DNA from: the human T2T-CHM13v2.0 reference genome, Homo sapiens
Assembly: GCF_009914755.1 (NCBI RefSeq)
Contig: NC_060932.1
Direction: 5' to 3' (one strand)
DNA: 64,000 nucleotides
Below are positions 1 to 11,500 of this stretch, in pieces. The stretch's first letter is position 1. Each line of letters starts with the position of its first letter. Under the pieces are notes generated by a model. It was given only the letters and a program-made list of their open reading frames with translations, had not been told where the DNA came from and made no database searches. The position numbers and the translations under genes were made by a program.

Positions 1-14
1 GATAGATTTGAGGA

Positions 15-31
15 TTTCGTTGGAAACGGGA
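15..31 (+). promoter_or_regulatory. CENP-B box (first example; about 203 box-type sites in the window, about 172 with an intact core)
   Basis: TTTCGTTGGAAACGGGA matches the 17-bp CENP-B box and its essential core nTTCGnnnnAnnCGGGn. Totals are hand-derived from the HOR map. Confidence 0.95.
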
Positions 32-352
32 TTATATATAAAAAGTAGACAGCAGCATTCTCAGAAACTTCTTTGTGATGTTTGCATCCAGCTCTCAGAG
101 TTGAACATTCCCTTTCATAGAGTAGGTTTGAAACCCTCTTTTTATAGTGTCTGGAAGCGGGCATTTGGAGCGCTTTCAGGCCTATGCTGAAAAAGGAAAT
201 ATCTACATATAGAAACTAGACAGAAGCATTCTGAGAATCAAGTTTGTGATGTGGGTACTCAACTAACAGTGTTGATCCATTCTTTTGATACAGCAGTTTT
301 GAACCACACTTTTTGTAGAATCTGCAAGTGGATATTTGGATAGCTGTGAGGA

Positions 353-369
353 TTTCGTTGGAAACGGGA
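353..369 (+). promoter_or_regulatory. CENP-B box (HOR box 2)
   Basis: TTTCGTTGGAAACGGGA. Confidence 0.95.
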
Positions 370-523
370 ATGTCTTCATAGAAAATTTAGACAGAAGCAT
401 TCTCAGAACCTTGATTGTGATGTGTGTTCTCCACTAACAGAGTTGAACCTTTCTTTTGACAGAACTGTTCTGAAACATTCTTTTTATAGAATCTGGAAGT
501 GGATATTTGGAAAGCTTTGAGGA

Positions 524-540
524 TTTCGTTGGAAACGGGA
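524..540 (+). promoter_or_regulatory. CENP-B box (HOR box 3, in the monomer adjacent to box 2)
   Basis: TTTCGTTGGAAACGGGA, 171 bp after box 2. Confidence 0.95.
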
Positions 541-865
541 ATATCTTCAAATAAAATCTAGCCAGAAGCATTCTAAGAAACATCTTAGGGATGTTTACAT
601 TCAAGTCACAGAGTTGAACATTCCCTTTCACAGAGCAGGTTTGAAACAATCTTCTCGTACTATCTGGCAGTGGACATTTTGAGCTCTTTGGGGCCTATGC
701 TGAAAAAGGAAATATCTTCCGACAAAAACTAGTCAGAAGCATTCGCAGAATCACGTTTGTGATGTGTGCACTCAACTGTCAGAATTGAACCTTGGTTTGG
801 AGAGAGCACTTTTGAAACACACTTTTTGTAGAATCTGCAGGTGGATATTTGGCTAGCTTTGAGGA

Positions 866-882
866 TTTCGTTGGAAACGGTA
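866..882 (+). promoter_or_regulatory. Degenerate CENP-B box (HOR box 4), predicted non-binding
   Basis: TTTCGTTGGAAACGGTA: the CGGG core is changed to CGGT. Present in nearly all 7- and 11-mers. Confidence 0.85.
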
Positions 883-2229
883 ATGTCTTCAAAGAAAATC
901 TAGACAGAAGCATTCTCAGAAACACCTTCGTGATGTTTGCAATCAAGTCACAGAGTTGAACCTTCCGTTTCATAGAGCAGGTTGGAAACACACTTTTTGT
1001 AGTATCTGGAAGTGGACATTTGGAGGGCTTTGTAGCCTATCTGGAAAAAGGAAATATCTTCCCATGAATGCGAGATAGATGTAATCTCAGAAACATGTTT
1101 ATGCTGTATCTACTCAACTAACTGTGCTGAACATTTCTATTGATAGAGCAGTTTTGAGACCCTCTTCTTTTGGAATCTGCAAGTGGATATTTGGATAGAT
1201 TTGAGGATTTCGTTGGAAACGGGATTATATATAAAAAGTAGACAGCAGCATTCTCAGAAACTTCTTTGTGATGTTTGCATCCAGCTCTCAGAGTTGAACA
1301 TTCCCTTTCATAGAGTAGGTTTGAAACCCTCTTTTTATAGTGTCTGGAAGCGGGCATTTGGAGCGCTTTCAGGCCTATGCTGAAAAAGGAAATATCTACC
1401 TATAGAAACTAGACAGAAGCATTCTGAGAATCACGTTTGTGATGTGGGTACTCAACTAACAGTGTTGATCCATTCTTTTGATACAGCAGTTTTGAACCAC
1501 ACTTTTTGTAGAATCTGCAAGTGGATATTTGGATAGCTGTGAGGATTTCGTTGGAAACGGGAATGTCTTCATAGAAAATTTAGACAGAAGCATTCTCAGA
1601 ACCTTCATTGTGATGTGTGTTCTCCACTAACAGAGTTGAACCTTTCTTTTGACAGAACTGTTCTGAAACATTCTTTTTATAGAATCTGGAAGTGGATATT
1701 TGGAAAGCTTTGAGGATTTCGTTGGAAACGGGAATATCTTCAAATCAAATCTAGCCAGAAGCATTCTAAGAAACAGCTTAGGGATGTTTACATTCAAGTC
1801 ACAGAGTTGAACATTCCCTTTCACAGAGCAGGTTTGAAACAATCTTCTCGTACTATCTGGCAGTGGACATTTTGAGCTCCTTGGGGCCTATGCTGAAAAA
1901 GGAAATATCTTCCGACAAAAACTAGACAGAAGCATTCGCAGAATCACGTTTGTGATGTGTGCACTCAACTGTCAGAATTGAACCTTGGTTTGGACAGAGC
2001 ACTTTTGAAACACTCTTTTTGTAGAATCTGCAGGTGGATATTTGGCTAGCTTTGAGGATTTCGTTGGAAACGGTAATGTCTTCAAAGAAAATCTAGACAG
2101 AAGCATTCTCAGAAACACCTTCGTGATGTTTGCAATCAAGTCACAGAGTTGAACCTTCCGTTTCATAGAGCAGGTTGGAAACACTCTTTTTGTAGTATCT
2201 GGAAGTGGACATTTGGAGTGCTTTCAGGC

Positions 2230-2246
2230 CTATGGTGAAAAAGGAA
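2230..2246 (+). promoter_or_regulatory. pJalpha-type box of an A-type alphoid monomer (representative)
   Basis: CTATGGTGAAAAAGGAA at the position equivalent to the CENP-B box in alternate monomers; matches the recalled consensus CTAYGGTGRAAAAGGAA. Confidence 0.75.
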
Positions 2247-2399
2247 ATATCTTCCCATAAAAACGACATAGAAGCTATCTCAGGAACTTGTTTATGATGC
2301 ATCTAATCAACTAACAGTGTTGAACCTTTGTACTGACAGAGCAGTTTGAAACACTCTTTTTTTGGAATCTGCAAGTGGATATTTGGATCGCTTTGAGGA

Positions 2400-2416
2400 T
2401 TTCGTTGGAAACGGGA
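2400..2416 (+). promoter_or_regulatory. CENP-B box (HOR box 5)
   Basis: TTTCGTTGGAAACGGGA. Confidence 0.95.
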
Positions 2417-2737
2417 TGCAATATAAAACGTACACAGCAGCATACTCAGAAAATACTTTGCCATATTTCCATTCAAGTCACAGAGTGGAACATTCCCATT
2501 CATAGAGCAGGTTGGAAACACTCTTTTTGGAGTATCTGGAAGTGGACATTTGGAGCGCTTTCTGAACTATGGTGAAAAAGGAAATATCTTCCAATGAAAA
2601 CAAGACAGAAGCATTCTGAGAAACTTATTTGTGATGTGTGTCCTCAACAAACGGACTTGAACCTTTCGTTTCATGCAGTACTTCTGGAACACTCTTTTTG
2701 AAGATTCTGCATGCGGATATTTGGATAGCTTTGAGGA

Positions 2738-2754
2738 TTTCGTTGGAAACGGGC
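2738..2754 (+). promoter_or_regulatory. CENP-B box (HOR box 6, last base variant)
   Basis: TTTCGTTGGAAACGGGC; the essential core is intact. Confidence 0.9.
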
Positions 2755-4405
2755 TTACATGTAAAAATTAGACAGCAGCATTCTCAGAAACTTCTTTGTG
2801 GTGTCTGCATTCAAGTCACAGAATTGAACATCCCCTCACATAGAGCAGTTGTGCAGCACTCTATTTGTAGTATCTGGAAGTGGACATTTGGAGGGCTTTG
2901 TAGCCTATCTGGAAAAAGGAAATATCTTCCCATGAATGCGAGATAGAAGTAATCTCAGAAACATGTTTATGCTGTATCTACTCAACTAACTGTGCTGAAC
3001 ATTTCTATTGATAGAGCAGTTTTGAGACACTCTTCTTTTGGAATCTGCAAGTGGATATTTGGATAGATTTGAGGATTTCGTTGGAAACGGGATTATATAT
3101 AAAAAGTAGACAGCAGCATTCTCAGAAACTTCTTTGTGATGTTTGCATCCAGCTCTCAGAGTTGAACATTCCCTTTCATAGAGTAGGTTTGAAACCCTCT
3201 TTTTATAGTGTCTGGAAGCGGGCATTTGGAGCGCTTTCAGGCCTATGCTTAAAATAGGAAATATCTACCTACAGAAACTAGACAGAAGCATTCTGAGAAT
3301 CACGTTTGTGATGTGGGTACTCAACTAACAGTGTTGATCCATTCTTTTGATACAGCAGTTTTGAACCACACTTTTTGTAGAATCTGCAAGAGGATATTTG
3401 GATAGCTGTGAGGATTTCGTTGGAAACGGGAATGTCTTCAAAGAAAATCTAGACAGAAGCATTCTCAGAAACACCTTCGTGATGTTTGCAATCAAGTCAC
3501 AGAGTTGAACCTTCCGTTTCATAGAGCAGGTTGGAAACACTCTTATTGTAGTATCTGGAAGTGGACATTTGGAGCGCTTTCAGGCCTATGGTGAAAAAGG
3601 AAATATCTTCCCATAAAAACGACATAGAAGCTATCTCAGGAACTTGTTTATGATGCATCTAATCAACTAACAGTGTTGAACCTTTGTACTGACAGAGCAC
3701 TTTGAAACACTCTTTTTTTGGAATCTGCAAGTGGATATTTGGATCGCTTTGAGGATTTCGTTGGAAACGGGATGCAATATAAAACGTACACAGCAGCATA
3801 CTCAGAAAATACTTTGCCATATTTCCATTCAAGTCACAGAGTGGAACATTCCCATTCATAGAGCAGGTTGGAAACACTCTTTTTGGAGTATCTGGAAGTG
3901 GACATTTGGAGCGCTTTCTGAACTATGGTGAAAAAGGAAATATCTTCCAATGAAAACAAGACAGAAGCATTCTGAGAAACTTATTTGTGATGTGTGTCCT
4001 CAACAAACGGACTTGAACCTTTCGTTTCATGCAGTACTTCTGGAACACTCTTTTTGAAGATTCTGCATGCGGATATTTGGATAGCTTTGAGGATTTCGTT
4101 GGAAACGGGCTTACATGTAAAAATTAGACAGCAGCATTCTCAGAAACTTCTTTGTGGTGTCTGCATTCAAGTCACAGAATTGAACTTCCCCTCACATAGA
4201 GCAGTTGTGCAGCACTCTATTTGTAGTATCTGGAAGTGGACATTTGGAGGGCTTTGTAGCCTATCTGGAAAAGGAAATATCTTCCCATGAATGCGAGATA
4301 GAAGTAATCTCAGAAACATGTTTATGCTGTATCTACTCAACTAACTGTGCTGAACATTTCTATTGATAGAGCAGTTTTGAGACCCTCTTCTTTTGGAATC
4401 TGCAA

Positions 4406-5598
4406 GTGGATATTTGGATAGATTTGAGGATTTCGTTGGAAACGGGATTATATATAAAAAGTAGACAGCAGCATTCTCAGAAACTTCTTTGTGATGTTTG
4501 CATCCAGCTCTCAGAGTTGAACATTCCCTTTCATAGAGTAGGTTTGAAACCCTCTTTTTATAGTGTCTGGAAGCGGGCATTTGGAGCGCTTTCAGGCCTA
4601 TGCTGAAAAAGGAAATATCTACATATAGAAACTAGACAGAAGCATTCTGAGAATCAAGTTTGTGATGTGGGTACTCAACTAACAGTGTTGATCCATTCTT
4701 TTGATACAGCAGTTTTGAACCACACTTTTTGTAGAATCTGCAAGTGGATATTTGGATAGCTGTGAGGATTTCGTTGGAAACGGGAATGTCTTCATAGAAA
4801 ATTTAGACAGAAGCATTCTCAGAACCTTGATTGTGATGTGTGTTCTCCACTAACAGAGTTGAACCTTTCTTTTGACAGAACTGTTCTGAAACATTCTTTT
4901 TATAGAATCTGGAAGTGGATATTTGGAAAGCTTTGAGGATTTCGTTGGAAACGGGAATATCTTCAAATAAAATCTAGCCAGAAGTATTCTAAGAAACATC
5001 TTAGGGATGTTTACATTCAAGTCACAGAGTTGAACATTCCCTTTCACAGAGCAGGTTTGAAACAATCTTCTCGTACTATCTGGCAGTGGACATTTTGAGC
5101 TCTTTGGGGCCTATGCTGAAAAAGGAAATATCTTCCGACAAAAACTAGTCAGAAGCATTCGCAGAATCACGTTTGTGATGTGTGCACTCAACTGTCAGAA
5201 TTGAACCTTGGTTTGGAGAGAGCACTTTTGAAACACACTTTTTGTAGAATCTGCAGGTGGATATTTGGCTAGCTTTGAGGATTTCGTTGGAAACGGTAAT
5301 GTCTTCAAAGAAAATCTAGACAGAAGCATTCTCAGAAACACCTTCGTGATGTTTGCAATCAAGTCACAGAGTTGAACCTTCCGTTTCATAGAGCAGGTTG
5401 GAAACACACTTTTTGTAGTATCTGGAAGTGGACATTTGGAGGGCTTTGTAGCCTATCTGGAAAAAGGAAATATCTTCCCATGAATGCGAGATAGATGTAA
5501 TCTCAGAAACATGTTTATGCTGTATCTACTCAACTAACTGTGCTGAACATTTCTATTGATAGAGCAGTTTTGAGACACTCTTCTTTTGGAATCTGCAA
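4406..5598 (+). repeat. Representative 7-mer HOR (1193 bp); copies start at <1, 4406, 7467, 10528, 13589, 16650, 21067, 28708, 33125, 42966, 46027, 48576, 52481, 57359, 60420, 61613
   Basis: Equals the 11-mer minus 675 bp (4 monomers). The hybrid monomer joins within the shared 30-mer TTTGTAGTATCTGGAAGTGGACATTTGGAG. Confidence 0.96.
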
Positions 5599-8500
5599 GT
5601 GGATATTTGGATAGATTTGAGGATTTCGTTGGAAACGGGATTATATATAAAAAGTAGACAGCAGCATTCTCAGAAACTTCTTTGTGATGTTTGCATCCAG
5701 CTCTCAGAGTTGAACATTCCCTTTCATAGAGTAGGTTTGAAACCCTCTTTTTATAGTGTCTGGAAGCGGGCATTTGGAGCGCTTTCAGGCCTATGCTGAA
5801 AAAGGAAATATCTACCTATAGAAACTAGACAGAAGCATTCTGAGAATCACGTTTGTGATGTGGGTACTCAACTAACAGTGTTGATCCATTCTTTTGATAC
5901 AGCAGTTTTGAACCACACTTTTTGTAGAATCTGCAAGTGGATATTTGGATAGCTGTGAGGATTTCGTTGGAAACGGGAATGTCTTCATAGAAAATTTAGA
6001 CAGAAGCATTCTCAGAACCTTGATTGTGATATGTGTTCTCCACTAACAGAGTTGAACCTTTCTTTTGACAGAACTGTTCTGAAACATTCTTTTTATAGAA
6101 TCTGGAAGTGGATATTTGGAAAGCTTTGAGGATTTCGTTGGAAACGGGAATATCTTCAAATCAAATCTAGCCAGAAGCATTCTAAGAAACAGCTTAGGGA
6201 TGTTTACATTCAAGTCACAGAGTTGAACATTCCCTTTCACAGAGCAGGTTTGAAACAATCTTCTCGTACTATCTGGCAGTGGACATTTTGAGCTCCTTGG
6301 GGCCTATGCTGAAAAAGGAAATATCTTCCGACAAAAACTAGACAGAAGCATTCGCAGAATCACGTTTGTGATGTGTGCACTCAACTGTCAGAATTGAACC
6401 TTGGTTTGGAGAGAGCACTCTTGAAACACTCTTTTTGTAGAATCTGCAGGTGGATATTTGGCTAGCTTTGAGGATTTCGTTGGAAACGGTAATGTCTTCA
6501 AAGAAAATCTAGACAGAAGCATTCTCAGAAACACCTTCGTGATGTTTGCAATCAAGTCACAGAGTTGAACCTTCCGTTTCATAGAGCAGGTTGGAAACAC
6601 TCTTTTTGTAGTATCTGGAAGTGGACATTTGGAGTGCTTTCAGGCCTATGGTGAAAAAGGAAATATCTTCCCATAAAAACGACATAGAAGCTATCTCAGG
6701 AACTTGTTTATGATGCATCTAATCAACTAACAGTGTTGAACCTTTGTACTGACAGAGCAGTTTGAAACACTCTTTTTTTGGAATCTGCAAGTGGATATTT
6801 GGATCGCTTTGAGGATTTCGTTGGAAACGGGATGCAATATAAAACGTACACAGCAGCATACTCAGAAAATACTTTGCCATATTTCCATTCAAGTCACAGA
6901 GTGGAACATTCCCATTCATAGAGCAGGTTGGAAACACTCTTTTTGGAGTATCTGGAAGTGGACATTTGGAGCGCTTTCTGAACTATGGTGAAAAAGGAAA
7001 TATCTTCCAATGAAAACAAGACAGAAGCATTCTGAGAAACTTATTTGTGATGTGTGTCCTCAACAAACGGACTTGAACCTTTCGTTTCATGCAGTACTTC
7101 TGGAACACTCTTTTTGAAGATTCTGCATGCGGATATTTGGATAGCTTTGAGGATTTCGTTGGAAACGGGCTTACATGTAAAAATTAGACAGCAGCATTCT
7201 CAGAAACTTCTTTGTGGTGTCTGCATTCAAGTCACAGAATTGAACATCCCCTCACATAGAGCAGTTGTGCAGCACTCTATTTGTAGTATCTGGAAGTGGA
7301 CATTTGGAGGGCTTTGTAGCCTATCTGGAAAAAGGAAATATCTTCCCATGAATGCGAGATAGAAGTAATCTCAGAAACATGTTTATGCTGTATCTACTCA
7401 ACTAACTGTGCTGAACATTTCTATTGATAGAGCAGTTTTGAGACAGTCTTCTTTTGGAATCTGCAAGTGGATATTTGGATAGATTTGAGGATTTCGTTGG
7501 AAACGGGATTATATATAAAAAGTAGACAGCAGCATTCTCAGAAACTTCTTTGTGATGTTTGCATCCAGCTCTCAGAGTTGAACATTCCCTTTCATAGAGT
7601 AGGTTTGAAACCCTCTTTTTATAGTGTCCGGAAGCGGGCATTTGGAGCGCTTTCAGGCCTATGCTGAAAAAGGAAATATCTACATATAGAAACTAGACAG
7701 AAGCATTCTGAGAATCACGTTTGTGATGTGGGTACTCAACTAACAGTGTTGATCCATTCTTTTGATACAGCAGTTTTGAACCACACTTTTTGTAGAATCT
7801 GCAAGTGGATATTTGGATAGCTGTGAGGATTTCGTTGGAAACGGGAATGTCTTCATAGAAAATTTAGACAGAAGCATTCTCAGAACCTTGATTGTGATGT
7901 GTGTTCTCCACTAACAGAGTTGAACCTTTCTTTTGACAGAACTGTTCTGAAACATTCTTTTTATAGAATCTGGAAGTGGATATTTGGAAAGCTTTGAGGA
8001 TTTCGTTGGAAACGGGAATATCTTCAAATAAAATCTAGCCAGAAGCATTCTAAGAAACATCTTAGGGATGTTTACATTCAAGTCACAGAGTTGAACATTC
8101 CCTTTCACAGAGCAGGTTTGAAACAATCTTCTCGTACTATCTGGCAGTGGACATTTTGAGCTCTTTGGGGCCTATGCTGAAAAAGGAAATATCTTCCGAC
8201 AAAAACTAGTCAGAAGCATTCGCAGAATCACGTTTGTGATGTGTGCACTCAACTGTCAGAATTGAACCTTGGTTTGGAGGGAGCACTTTTGAAACACACT
8301 TTTTGTAGAATCTGCAGGTGGATATTTGGCTAGCTTTGAGGATTTCGTTGGAAACGGTAATGTCTTCAAAGAAAATCTAGACAGAAGCATTCTCAGAAAC
8401 ACCTTCGTGATGTTTGCAATCAAGTCACAGAGTTGAACCTTCCGTTTCATAGAGCAGGTTGGAAACACACTTTTTGTAGTATCTGGAAGTGGACATTTGG

Positions 8501-11500
8501 AGGGCTTTGTAGCCTATCTGGAAAAAGGAAATATCTTCCCATGAATGCGAGATAGATGTAATCTCAGAAACATGTTTATGCTGTATCTACTCAACTAACT
8601 GTGCTGAACATTTCTATTGATAGAGCAGTTTTGAGACACTCTTCTTTTGGAATCTGCAAGTGGATATTTGGATAGATTTGAGGATTTCGTTGGAAACGGG
8701 ATTATATATAAAAAGTAGACAGCAGCATTCTCAGAAACTTCTTTGTGATGTTTGCATCCAGCTCTCAGAGTTGAACATTCCCTTTCATAGAGTAGGTTTG
8801 AAACCCTCTTTTTATAGTGTCTGGAAGCGGGCATTTGGAGCGCTTTCAGGCCTATGCTGAAAAAGGAAATATCTACCTATAGAAACTAGACAGAAGCATT
8901 CTGAGAATCACGTTTGTGATGTGGGTACTCAACTAACAGTGTTGATCCATTCTTTTGATACAGCAGTTTTGAACCACACTTTTTGTAGAATCTGCAAGTG
9001 GATATTTGGATAGCTGTGAGGATTTCGTTGGAAACGGGAATGTCTTCATAGAAAATTTAGACAGAAGCATTCTCAGAACCTTGATTGTGATGTGTGTTCT
9101 CCACTAACAGAGTTGAACCTTTCTTTTGACAGAACTGTTCTGAAACATTCTTTTTATAGAATCTGGAAGTGGATATTTGGAAAGCTTTGAGGATTTCGTT
9201 GGAAACGGGAATATCTTCAAATCAAATCTAGCCAGAAGCATTCTAAGAAACAGCTTAGGGATGTTTACATTCAAGTCACAGAGTTGAACATTCCCTTTCA
9301 CAGAGCAGGTTTGAAACAATCTTCTCGTACTATCTGGCAGTGGACATTTTGAGCTCCTTGGGGCCTATGCTGAAAAAGGAAATATCTTCCGACAAAAACT
9401 AGACAGAAGCATTCGCAGAATCACGTTTGTGATGTGTGCACTCAACTGTCAGAATTGAACCTTGGTTTGGAGAGAGCACTCTTGAAACACTCTTTTTGTA
9501 GAATCTGCAGGTGGATATTTGGCTAGCTTTGAGGATTTCGTTGGAAACGGTAATGTCTTCAAAGAAAATCTAGACAGAAGCATTCTCAGAAACACCTTCG
9601 TGATGTTTGCAATCAAGTCACAGAGTTGAACCTTCCGTTTCATAGAGCAGGTTGGAAACACTCTTTTTGTAGTATCTGGAAGTGGACATTTGGAGTGCTT
9701 TCAGGCCTATGGTGAAAAAGGAAATATCTTCCCATAAAAACGACATAGAAGCTATCTCAGGAACTTGTTTATGATGCATCTAATCAACTAACAGTGTTGA
9801 ACCTTTGTACTGACAGAGCAGTTTGAAACACTCTTTTTTTGGAATCTGCAAGTGGATATTTGGATCGCTTTGAGGATTTCGTTGGAAACGGGATGCAATA
9901 TAAAAGGTACACAGCAGCATACTCAGAAAATACTTTGCCATATTTCCATTCAAGTCACAGAGTGGAACATTCCCATTCATAGAGCAGGTTGGAAACACTC
10001 TTTTTGGAGTATCTGGAAGTGGACATTTGGAGCGCTTTCTGAACTATGGTGAAAAAGGAAATATCTTCCAATGAAAACAAGACAGAAGCATTCTGAGAAA
10101 CTTATTTGTGATGTGTGTCCTCAACAAACGGACTTGAACCTTTCGTTTCATGCAGTACTTCTGGAACACTCTTTTTGAAGATTCTGCATGCGGATATTTG
10201 GATAGCTTTGAGGATTTCGTTGGAAACGGGCTTACATGTAAAAATTAGACAGCAGCATTCTCAGAAACTTCTTTGTGGTGTCTGCATTCAAGTCACAGAA
10301 TTGAACATCCCCTCACATAGAGCAGTTGTGCAGCACTCTATTTGTAGTATCTGGAAGTGGACATTTGGAGGGCTTTGTAGCCTATCTGGAAAAAGGAAAT
10401 ATCTTCCCATGAATGCGAGATAGAAGTAATCTCAGAAACATGTTTATGCTGTATCTACTCAACTAACTGTGCTGAACATTTCTATTGATAGAGCAGTTTT
10501 GAGACACTCTTCTTTTGGAATCTGCAAGTGGATATTTGGATAGATTTGAGGATTTCGTTGGAAACGGGATTATATATAAAAAGTAGACAGCAGCATTCTC
10601 AGAAACTTCTTTGTGATGTTTGCATCCAGCTCTCAGAGTTGAACATTCCCTTTCATAGAGTAGGTTTGAAACCCTCTTTTTATAGTGTCCGGAAGCGGGC
10701 ATTTGGAGCGCTTTCAGGCCTATGCTGAAAAAGGAAATATCTACATATAGAAACTAGACAGAAGCATTCTGAGAATCAAGTTTGTGATGTGGGTACTCAA
10801 CTAACAGTGTTGATCCATTCTTTTGATACAGCAGTTTTGAACCACACTTTTTGTAGAATCTGCAAGTGGATATTTGGATAGCTGTGAGGATTTCGTTGGA
10901 AACGGGAATGTCTTCATAGAAAATTTAGACAGAAGCATTCTCAGAACCTTGATTGTGATGTGTGTTCTCCACTAACAGAGTTGAACCTTTCTTTTGACAG
11001 AACTGTTCTGAAACATTCTTTTTATAGAATCTGGAAGTGGATATTTGGAAAGCTTTGAGGATTTCGTTGGAAACGGGAATATCTTCAAATAAAATCTAGC
11101 CAGAAGCATTCTAAGAAACATCTTAGGGATGTTTACATTCAAGTCACAGAGTTGAACATTCCCTTTCACAGAGCAGGTTTGAAACAATCTTCTCGTACTA
11201 TCTGGCAGTGGACATTTTGAGCTCTTTGGGGCCTATGCTGAAAAAGGAAATATCTTCCGACAAAAACTAGTCAGAAGCATTCGCAGAATCACGTTTGTGA
11301 TGTGTGCACTCAACTGTCAGAATTGAACCTTGGTTTGGAGGGAGCACTTTTGAAACACACTTTTTGTAGAATCTGCAGGTGGATATTTGGCTAGCTTTGA
11401 GGATTTCGTTGGAAACGGTAATGTCTTCAAAGAAAATCTAGACAGAAGCATTCTCAGAAACACCTTCGTGATGTTTGCAATCAAGTCACAGAGTTGAACC

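Larger units (their letters stand above)
1183..3050 (+). repeat. Representative full-length 11-mer HOR (1868 bp); copies start at 1183, 5599, 8660, 11721, 14782, 17843, 22260, 25484, 29901, 34318, 44159, 58552
   Basis: Anchor spacing is 1868 bp. Six CENP-B-box-type sites at 1208, 1546, 1717, 2059, 2400 and 2738 (spacings 338, 171, 342, 341, 338, 338 sum to 1868). Confidence 0.96.

Noticed and set aside
32-45. TATA-like TTATATATAAAAAG once per HOR
   Set aside because: It is a monomer-specific AT-rich variant with no supporting promoter or gene context. Alphoid transcription cannot be inferred from sequence alone.
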